Positions 33,360-40,140 of a stretch of 40,140 nucleotides of DNA are shown piece after piece. The notes beneath the pieces were generated by a model. That model saw nothing but the letters and a program-made list of their open reading frames with translations, was not told the origin of the DNA and ran no database searches. The translations under genes were made by a program, and so were the position numbers. Source of the stretch: a virus (Duplodnaviria > Caudoviricetes); IMG/VR virus record IMGVR_UViG_3300033067_001671, positions 1-40,140 of that record. One strand, 5' to 3'. Position 1 is the stretch's first letter, and the number at the start of each line of letters is the position of its first letter.

Positions 33360-33935
33360 TTACCCCAAAAATTTCGTAGGTGAAAAAGCGTTAAACTGCC
33401 CGCCAATTAAGCCGACAGGTGATTGAGCAAATTGCGCACGTTGATTTTTTGCATTCATCTGTGCTTCGTAAAGAGCATTAAATCGATTTTGCTCGAGCTG
33501 CTGAGTTTGCGCTCCAGCATTGAAAGCCCTGTCCTCTAACGCTTGCTCTTGCTCGGCGAAATTCTTTTGAGTGTCTGCTAACGTCTTTGCAAGCTTCCCG
33601 CCTTGATCAGCACTCACGTCCTGCTCTGCTTTTGCTCTTAAACCTGAGTTAAGCATTCCTCTTTGATTTGCGCCCGCACGTGTGTCGTAAAGCCTTTGAG
33701 CTAAATCCATTTTAGATTGATCAGTCGCTGCGGTCATTGCCCCTTGTTCAAGCTGCGGACGTTTTTCTTTGAATTGATTGTAGAGATCGAACATCCGATT
33801 CTTCTGCTGAACAACACCTGAATCAATTGGCGGAGGAGCTTGCGGATCGTCAACCTTACCGGCTGCGCTAATCGCGGTCCCTATTGGATTGAACACTGCC
33901 CCAGCCGCTGTCTTAAGAAAACTTCCAAATCCCAT
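33360..33935 (-). CDS. Internal virion / ejection protein (P22 gp7-like), 191 aa
   Basis: MGFGSFLK..AGA N-terminus, RGMLNSG motif, Q/A-rich helices. Confidence 0.7.
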   Translation of the reverse strand: MGFGSFLKTAAGAVFNPIGTAISAAGKVDDPQAPPPIDSGVVQQKNRMFDLYNQFKEKRPQLEQGAMTAATDQSKMDLAQRLYDTRAGANQRGMLNSGLRAKAEQDVSADQGGKLAKTLADTQKNFAEQEQALEDRAFNAGAQTQQLEQNRFNALYEAQMNAKNQRAQFAQSPVGLIGGQFNAFSPTKFLG

Positions 33936-33938
33936 ATC

Positions 33939-34271
33939 TTACCCCATTACCAAAATAGTGCAGACACCTACCGCACTCGCTCTTACAAAGATGTTTTCTG
34001 TTGTCCAACTCTTAACGCCACCGTCATAAAGAATCATCGAGTCACCTTGTAACTTGTAATACCCAACCGGAATCACTCCCAAGTTATGATTAAGTTGAAT
34101 GTCTGTGTCAGCGGCTTCAACTATGACAACGAAAGTTTTTGCACGTAAATTTTCAATTTGAATTCCGCCATTAATTGCGGATCTCACCTGATCAAATAAC
34201 GGTGCAGTAGTACGTTTAAAATCTTCGAACGAAACAATATTTCCAACATCTGTTGCATTTGTAATTTTCAC
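33939..34271 (-). CDS. Small tail/virion protein, 110 aa
   Basis: HNLGVIPVGY fibre-type motif; GTGA coupling to nozzle. Confidence 0.65.
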   Translation of the reverse strand: MKITNATDVGNIVSFEDFKRTTAPLFDQVRSAINGGIQIENLRAKTFVVIVEAADTDIQLNHNLGVIPVGYYKLQGDSMILYDGGVKSWTTENIFVRASAVGVCTILVMG

Positions 34272-35998
34272 ACGCGCCTCTGTTCTCTTGATTCAATCGT
34301 GAATCCATTGATTTGAAGATCTTTGTCGTTGTTTGAATTTGAGATCTCAACGGAAATAGCTTTTGCCATAATTCCAAAATCAATACGCGACTGAAACGGG
34401 GCTTGATACATCGTTCGATTTACTACAATGCTTGAACCATAATCTTGACGAATGTTGATTGTTATTGGCGCGCTTGCAGACACGGCGGGCGTATCTAAAA
34501 ACAAACGCCTAAATTGCTTTTCAATTGAGTTTGAACCCGCGTTGTAAAAACGTGTCTTCATTAGGCACGTCATACCGTTTCCGTTGTCGCCTAGAAGTGA
34601 CGGATCAAACGCGTGGAGAGTTCCAGTGTATCCACCATAAAAATGAACGGGTTTTGATTTTGAACCTCTGATCATTGCGCTAACTGATGGCGAGTAACCA
34701 AGCTCGGTCGTCCATGAGTCAGCCAGGTAATCGTAAACCACTGTCATGGTGTTGGTCTGTGCTCCATCCACGGGAAAGGAAAACTTCACTTGGTTATTTA
34801 AGCGATCATGAACGGCTGTTGCTTGCTGAAAAGCTGCATCAACATTCATCCGTAACATAATGGGTTCAATCTTATTTGAAACGCATTCGATGTTAGCGCC
34901 GTTCCATTGCATGATCCCTTTGGAGTCAAGAAACCAGGCTTGATCATTCCAAACAAGCATCGCCCGGTTTGAAATGCACCCATATTGATTTGAAACTTCT
35001 CCCAAACTGAAATTTTGAGGATTGTCGCCTGTTAGCTTGTGAAAGCTTCGTTTCTTAAATACAAGTAGGGTCCCGTTATAGGGTAGGGTCCCTGTGATTT
35101 CGTCGCCGTCTTCGGTTCTTACCTCGAAATTGTTTTCAGGTCTGACGCCTTCGGGTTCTCCGATGTCACTAAAGAAAACAGTTGAAAGCGCAGAACTCAT
35201 ACCCGACATCATCAGTTGGTTGTTGTAAAGCGACAGATATTTTGGCGCAAAAGTAAAATGAATGTAAGGAGGTGATGGGTTAGCACTCAAAGCGGTCGCG
35301 CCTGAATCTATTACGCTTGTAGTTTGTCCCGTTGTAAATGTTCTAAAAAGATTTGGGCTCCCTGCGGCGGTTCTGTAAAATGCTAAGGCGCTAATGCCGT
35401 AACCGGAAGGAAGTGTTAAACCGAGATATTGAATCGATAAAAACGTTCCACCAGAGATTGAAACAATTTGCGTGTTTCCTGTTGGTCCAAAATATCCCGC
35501 ATTATTTTGATAGCCGTAAGAAATAAAGTATGTCCCGCCAGCTAGGCTTCCTCCTACGGCTGTCGTAACTCCTAGGTTCATGCCAGGAGGTAACGAAAAC
35601 AGCGAATCTGATGTCCCGTTGAACTTAAAAAAATCTGTCCCGTTTGCAACAAACAACGTGTTATTGAAAGTTTGAAAATCACAATTTGTATCGTTTTTTA
35701 TTCCTGTCTTGATCGTGTTCCATGTGGAATCCACTTTGTACAAATTGGTGTTTGCTGAAGCGATTACAAAACTTGAACCATCAAATTTTTCGTACTCAGT
35801 AAGTCCTGTGACTTTACCGATTACAGTTGCGCCCAAGTAAAGAGTTGATCCGTCTCGCTTTGTAAGCGCACCAGGTTTGGAAAAGTTTAGATTTTGAAGG
35901 TCTAGCATTTCCTGAGGACCTGTGGCGTATTCGCTTGCCTTGGTATTTATCCCCCCAAGTAGCGCGTACTCTTCTAGTTTTGCTTTGTACTGAGGCAT
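34268..35998 (-). CDS. Tail nozzle / stabilisation protein (P22 gp10 / T7 gp12-like beta-propeller), 576 aa
   Basis: GGIN....N......G.L.KR.G, VFFSDIG.PE, DG.EITG, L.VFK, GCIS, SNKI; follows adaptor. Confidence 0.85.
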   Translation of the reverse strand: MPQYKAKLEEYALLGGINTKASEYATGPQEMLDLQNLNFSKPGALTKRDGSTLYLGATVIGKVTGLTEYEKFDGSSFVIASANTNLYKVDSTWNTIKTGIKNDTNCDFQTFNNTLFVANGTDFFKFNGTSDSLFSLPPGMNLGVTTAVGGSLAGGTYFISYGYQNNAGYFGPTGNTQIVSISGGTFLSIQYLGLTLPSGYGISALAFYRTAAGSPNLFRTFTTGQTTSVIDSGATALSANPSPPYIHFTFAPKYLSLYNNQLMMSGMSSALSTVFFSDIGEPEGVRPENNFEVRTEDGDEITGTLPYNGTLLVFKKRSFHKLTGDNPQNFSLGEVSNQYGCISNRAMLVWNDQAWFLDSKGIMQWNGANIECVSNKIEPIMLRMNVDAAFQQATAVHDRLNNQVKFSFPVDGAQTNTMTVVYDYLADSWTTELGYSPSVSAMIRGSKSKPVHFYGGYTGTLHAFDPSLLGDNGNGMTCLMKTRFYNAGSNSIEKQFRRLFLDTPAVSASAPITINIRQDYGSSIVVNRTMYQAPFQSRIDFGIMAKAISVEISNSNNDKDLQINGFTIESREQRRV

Positions 35999-36657
35999 TA
36001 GAACCAGACTCCAGAATCATAATCGTTTCCTGTAACAACAATCCGTCTGGCTTTTTGTTGAACCCTGTCAGCTGCGGCTTGTTTAAGCGAAGTAAGATAC
36101 ATGGCGATCTTACCGTCAATTTGAGACGTGTTTCGATCGTCTCTAAGCGCTCCCGTTTTAAATGCAAGTAACACGATCATTTCTTCAAACTCTTCAGGCA
36201 CGTCGAACGATTCGGTATCGAGAACGAGTGGCGAAACTCTGTAAGAGTAAGTCAATTTAATCGTCCTAACTATTTGAGGGACTGGAAACAGTTTTATGCG
36301 ATTTTTAGTTATGACATACGATGATGGATCGGATCGATTCTGAGGAAAAAAATCTTGTTGGTTGAGAGTGATAGGCTCAAGCACATACGTTTGATCAACA
36401 GAATTTGAAGTACCTGTAACAACTTCAACGCGGTTTACTTTCAGCAAATCACTAGGCAAGTAGTACTCGCATGAGCCCGCAACAAGTGACGTTTGTTTGC
36501 ACTTGGTGTACCAGTTCTGACCTGCTTGAATTAGGTACTTTTGAACTTCTGCTTGAGCGTCGTTCAAAAACTGTGTGACCTGGCTTTCGGTGTGATATCC
36601 GAAATTTAGGTCATCAAGTAGGACAGAAACTCTAGTTTTAGCTTCAGATAATTGCAC
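35998..36657 (-). CDS. Head-tail adaptor / tail tubular protein, 219 aa
   Basis: L.E....V..LLDD......LN.AQ, Y.LPSD, I.LFPVP, VPEEF; GTG start. Confidence 0.8.
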   Translation of the reverse strand: MQLSEAKTRVSVLLDDLNFGYHTESQVTQFLNDAQAEVQKYLIQAGQNWYTKCKQTSLVAGSCEYYLPSDLLKVNRVEVVTGTSNSVDQTYVLEPITLNQQDFFPQNRSDPSSYVITKNRIKLFPVPQIVRTIKLTYSYRVSPLVLDTESFDVPEEFEEMIVLLAFKTGALRDDRNTSQIDGKIAMYLTSLKQAAADRVQQKARRIVVTGNDYDSGVWF

Positions 36658-36676
36658 GCCTGTTTCCCTTCAATGG

Positions 36677-36856
36677 TTAACAGTCGCAATCCTCCCAGGT
36701 GACGGTTGTTGGGTCACAGCACACATCCCATATGCCATCGATTGGCCATAAAAAACCAAACGTATTTAGACCCAATCCCTCAACGGTATTGAACGCGACA
36801 AGCCCGTTTGTATTCAACGCATCTCCCACGATTTGCACATCAAAACTCACGGCCAT
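36677..36856 (-). CDS. Unannotated 59-aa acidic Cys/Trp-rich peptide (MAVSFDVQIVGDALNTNG...DVCCDPTTVTWEDCDC)
   Basis: ATG to TAA fills the gap before the adaptor; just under the 60-aa cutoff of the ORF track. Confidence 0.6.
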   Translation of the reverse strand: MAVSFDVQIVGDALNTNGLVAFNTVEGLGLNTFGFLWPIDGIWDVCCDPTTVTWEDCDC

Positions 36857-36883
36857 GTTTTTTATTGTAGTTTAAAAATGAAT

Positions 36884-36975
36884 AAAAAAACACCAGGCGC
36901 GAAATCCATTTCGAGTCACCTGGTGCCCATTGAGTGTCGCCGCCAAGGAGTTAATCAAGATGCTGGCAACACCCA
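36884..36975 (-). terminator. Twin-hairpin element ending in an intrinsic terminator after the large glycosyltransferase
   Basis: TGGGTGTTGCC-N23-GGCGACACTCA, then CACCAGGTG-ACT-CGAAATGGATTTCG-CGCCTGGTG-TTTTTTT. Confidence 0.7.
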
Positions 36976-36979
36976 AATA

Positions 36980-39205
36980 TTATAGCTTTTGAGACTTCCT
37001 AAACTCTATCCACTCCAAAGCGACCTTCTCCCAAGACACTTGATCAGGATCAAAGCTCACGCGCTTATAGGCCTCTTGTTCAATCGCTTGAATCACGCGC
37101 TCTGCATAGAGGTCGTGGTCTTTTTCAGTGATGCAGTCGCTATCTACGAGGTCTGCCATTTTGTTTTCTGATGCCCACTTCAATGTGTCCTGCACTGCGC
37201 CAACGTTACGAATGATTTGATAAACCCCACACGCAAGTCGCTCGTTTGCTGAAATCATGGACGTCTCAATGAAGTCGCTTGGCTGAACACAGTAGGCAGA
37301 TTCTTTGAAGGACTTAATCAAATCGGGTTGCGAGGTCTTGCCGATGTATTTCACCCAAGGGCGTTCATCCATCATTTGTTTAAGCATTTTTTGCATGTCA
37401 CCAAGACCGTACTTTTCAAGGTGCTCAATACCGTAATGAACTTTCAAAGTAATCTGAGGATATTTCTCGCGTACTCGGTCGAGCACCCTCATGGCCCTGT
37501 CTAATCCTCGATCTGGAGACGAAGAAAAGACGAAAGAAAAAGGATCACGCGGACCAGCTTCGATTTTAAATTTTTCAGGATTTAACCCGTTTCGAGTTAC
37601 CCACGTTTTGTTTAGAGGTATCCCCATTTTAGCTTGTGTGAACCGTTGATGAAACGGGGTGAGGCAAGCGATAAAATTGTAGTTATCAATTGCCTCACTG
37701 CCCGCTGTGAATAAATCGTGACACCACAAAATACTGAACGCGTCTGTTAGCTTTGTAGAGTGGCGCCAAGCAATATGTAGCCACGGTTTAAACTTTGAAA
37801 AATATTCATGAAGCTCACCGACTGGAATGTAATGAACGCCATGAATGAGCTTCGCTTCTTTTCTTGAGTTGAAAATGTAAACTTTACGCCCTGTGATTTT
37901 GGCTAGATTTTCAGCCATTTCAACGGCTGCGGTTTCACTCCCACCACAAAACTTCTCTCGGTACACTTCTCCATCCCATTCAAAAAAACCTGCATTCGGA
38001 GGACATGAAATCACGATGTCGTCAGTGTCGATTACATCTTTTGAAATCACATTAAAGTTAAGTGCTTTATTGATTTCACCTAAAAGCATTTTTGATTCAT
38101 CGCTAGGATGTTTTTCATGAAGCTTAATCGCTTCAATTTTAGACCGGTCCCATAATCCTAAATTTGCGTAAGCCTTTGTAAGCTGTGTTCTAGGATGTTT
38201 CGAATACGCTTCATCAGATGTAAAAAGCGTTCCATTTGCAGCGGCTCCCAGTTGTGGGATTGCAGCCTTAGCCATTGAAAGCCAGGGAATTGCTTTTCCG
38301 AATTGCTGAACTCTTAAATAAATATCTGAAATGGTTGCCGAGAATTCTGCACGGTGTGGATCGATCAAAAGTCCCTCAAAACAAACTCGTAATGCCTCTT
38401 CCATGTATTTGAGTGCGTTTTGATTGTAAGCGTCGTCGCCATATTTTTGAGCGAGCTCAAGATTTTCCGCAGCTTGTGCACTTAAAGCGTAAGCAAGATA
38501 TTGATATCCGATAAGCTTGTCATGAAGCTCAAGCGGCATCGTCAATGCTTTATTCATCCAGGTGATTGCTTGCTCAAAAAAACCAGATTCAAATAGTTCC
38601 TTTGCATGATACATGGTCATTCTAGCATCAAGCAGTCTTTCCCTCCCGCGGAATAGGTTGAGGTTCCTTGAGCGATCTGCTTTTAAATCTGCTTCAGATC
38701 TTCGATGCCAAACGCTCCAAGTTTTTGCAACGTCTTGACGGATCGGTCCGTTTCCAACGGGCTTAATTCCTTCGTGTAGAAAGTATTCCCATTTGAAACC
38801 CTTATCGCGCTTAATTACTCGCTCACGTAAGAAACTACACGTCGGCACACCTTCAACGTTTGCGTAGTGGTAAGTTGCAAGATGGTAATCAGCAAGCGGC
38901 ATGAGCTCTTCACGCCAGAGCTTAAACGCGTGCGCGTCTTTTAGTGAGTCATCGCAATCAAGCCACATCTGGTAATCGGTTTTTCCAAACTGAAAATTGA
39001 AATTTCTTGCGGCTGAAAAGTCGTTGATCCATTTAAATTGAGAAACCTCACAACCTAAAGATTTGGCGAGTTCTATGGTTCCATCTGTTGAGCCTGTGTC
39101 CGTCAGATAGATCTCATCGACTACGTCTTTTACTGATTCAATTAATGGTTTTAAATTATGCTCTTCATCCTTAGCAATAAGGTGAAGTGATAGACTTGAC
39201 TTCAT
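36980..39205 (-). CDS. Multidomain glycosyltransferase: GT2 (SunS/flagellin-GT-like) + TPR + GT4, 741 aa
   Basis: LIAKDEE..L, DTGSTDGT, W..DFSAARN, WLDCDD, LHE; TPR helices (P.RAE); GGSETA, LWCHD, RNG, SSSPDRGL, ETS.IS..E..A.G. Confidence 0.92.
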   Translation of the reverse strand: MKSSLSLHLIAKDEEHNLKPLIESVKDVVDEIYLTDTGSTDGTIELAKSLGCEVSQFKWINDFSAARNFNFQFGKTDYQMWLDCDDSLKDAHAFKLWREELMPLADYHLATYHYANVEGVPTCSFLRERVIKRDKGFKWEYFLHEGIKPVGNGPIRQDVAKTWSVWHRRSEADLKADRSRNLNLFRGRERLLDARMTMYHAKELFESGFFEQAITWMNKALTMPLELHDKLIGYQYLAYALSAQAAENLELAQKYGDDAYNQNALKYMEEALRVCFEGLLIDPHRAEFSATISDIYLRVQQFGKAIPWLSMAKAAIPQLGAAANGTLFTSDEAYSKHPRTQLTKAYANLGLWDRSKIEAIKLHEKHPSDESKMLLGEINKALNFNVISKDVIDTDDIVISCPPNAGFFEWDGEVYREKFCGGSETAAVEMAENLAKITGRKVYIFNSRKEAKLIHGVHYIPVGELHEYFSKFKPWLHIAWRHSTKLTDAFSILWCHDLFTAGSEAIDNYNFIACLTPFHQRFTQAKMGIPLNKTWVTRNGLNPEKFKIEAGPRDPFSFVFSSSPDRGLDRAMRVLDRVREKYPQITLKVHYGIEHLEKYGLGDMQKMLKQMMDERPWVKYIGKTSQPDLIKSFKESAYCVQPSDFIETSMISANERLACGVYQIIRNVGAVQDTLKWASENKMADLVDSDCITEKDHDLYAERVIQAIEQEAYKRVSFDPDQVSWEKVALEWIEFRKSQKL

Positions 39206-39258
39206 TTCCTTTGTTAACTCCTTAACAATGTTAATTCTGTTAAGTCTAGTTAACTATT

Positions 39259-39732
39259 TCAAGCTTTATTTGCTTCAGAAGCAGTATTGGAAAGCGTTTT
39301 TGTAAACAAAAGCGTCGAAGACCCACGAGAAGACACTGACCACACTTGTGTCGACTTGTTGAAATTTGCGTTACCTTCAGCTGTCTCTTGAGCACGTTTC
39401 GCAAATCCAAAAAGTGTAGATGGGTCTGTAAGAGTCGATCCAAATGAATCCGAACCGAAACCAATTTTCTCATCCACTGCATCGACAGGGTCCATAGTGC
39501 CAGTGATGTATCGATTTGCTGCACTCACCGCACTACCAGCGTCGATCGTGAAAACGATTGATTGAGTTGTGCCGTACTGCCAATTATAAAGCCCCGTTGA
39601 AACACCAGGCTCGGTGATTGCGGGCGCTGTCAAAAATGTCCCACCTGTTGTCATGAAAATAATAAACGTCGGACTAAGACCCGTGAACTGTCTAGGGTCT
39701 TGCGTGGTCGGGGTCATCCAATAGCTTTTCAT
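39259..39732 (-). CDS. Thr/Ser-rich virion protein, 157 aa
   Basis: RBS GGAG; TGLSPT, ITE....GLY...Y pattern of small structural beta proteins. Confidence 0.65.
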   Translation of the reverse strand: MKSYWMTPTTQDPRQFTGLSPTFIIFMTTGGTFLTAPAITEPGVSTGLYNWQYGTTQSIVFTIDAGSAVSAANRYITGTMDPVDAVDEKIGFGSDSFGSTLTDPSTLFGFAKRAQETAEGNANFNKSTQVWSVSSRGSSTLLFTKTLSNTASEANKA

Positions 39733-40140
39733 GTGGCTTCTTCTCCAGTTTTAAGGCAGCCCGTATTCCATCAGGCGACCGATCTTTTAAATTTTTCTCT
39801 GTTGCATACCAAGTAACAAGTTCAGGTTTCCCAAGCTTTACGCCTAACGCGGCCTTTGCTTGCTGATGTAGCGGCATATGATTCAAATGTTGATTCACTC
39901 CTGTGACTTCTTGAATCGCTGCTTTGTACTCGGTCACTGCTTTCCAATTATCAGGTTCAGCTTGTTCAATGCCTTCTGGATATTTCGCACGAACAGAATC
40001 TTGAAGCTCATTTACGATCGCCAAGAATTCATCGAGCTGACGTTTGCAATCTTCTGCCTGAACTAATGCATTTTGAAGCGTTGACAGAGTTCTTAAAACT
40101 GTTGCCTCTGCTCGTAACTTTTCAACAGGGGGTGAAGCGT
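39692..40140 (-). CDS. 3' part of the junction-crossing ~242-aa protein (continues from 413..1)
   Basis: Frame is open from the window end (ASPPVEKLRAEATVLRTLSTLQNALVQAEDCKRQLDEFLAIVNELQ...) and matches the translation of bases 133..1. Confidence 0.85.
   Translation of the reverse strand, partial: ASPPVEKLRAEATVLRTLSTLQNALVQAEDCKRQLDEFLAIVNELQDSVRAKYPEGIEQAEPDNWKAVTEYKAAIQEVTGVNQHLNHMPLHQQAKAALGVKLGKPELVTWYATEKNLKDRSPDGIRAALKLEKKPHEKLLDDPDHARP
40008..40140. repeat. Right copy of imperfect terminal direct repeat
   Basis: 123/133 identity to 1-133. Confidence 0.95.

Noticed and set aside
39213-39254. CtrA boxes (TTAA-N7-TTAA)
   Set aside because: Gaps between TTAA boxes are 4-6 nt, not 7

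Overview
The window is an essentially complete ~40,007-bp circular(ly permuted) genome of a tailed dsDNA phage. Bases 1-133 recur, with 10 mismatches, at 40008-40140, and one ~242-aa gene crosses the junction. Morphogenesis genes are podovirus/P22-like (portal, scaffold, major capsid, adaptor, nozzle, ejection proteins, fibres; no tape measure). Replication and recombination are lambdoid (initiator plus helicase-loader-like protein, Sak4-like ATPase, SSB, RecE-like exonuclease, VRR-NUC). No integrase, repressor or DNA polymerase was recognised. An outer-membrane beta-barrel and a spanin-like lipoprotein point to a Gram-negative host. Most unusual points: (1) the large terminase is split, with no intein, into ATPase (15334-16005) and nuclease (9128-9925) genes 5.4 kb apart, with a glycosyltransferase and fibre module between them; (2) a multi-enzyme glycosylation kit (GT2-TPR-GT4, GT2, GT10, methyltransferase), the two late glycosyltransferases each followed by an unannotated micro-ORF; (3) two odd tRNA genes, a tRNA-like RNA with an 18-nt anticodon loop and a tRNA-Tyr with an archaeal-type C1:G72 pair; (4) apparent pseudo-enzymes (papain-like, HNH) and an orphan transposase HTH; (5) six small genes joined by a conserved stop-GGNGTTAR-ATG spacer. 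All product calls come from motif recognition by eye; no database search was run.
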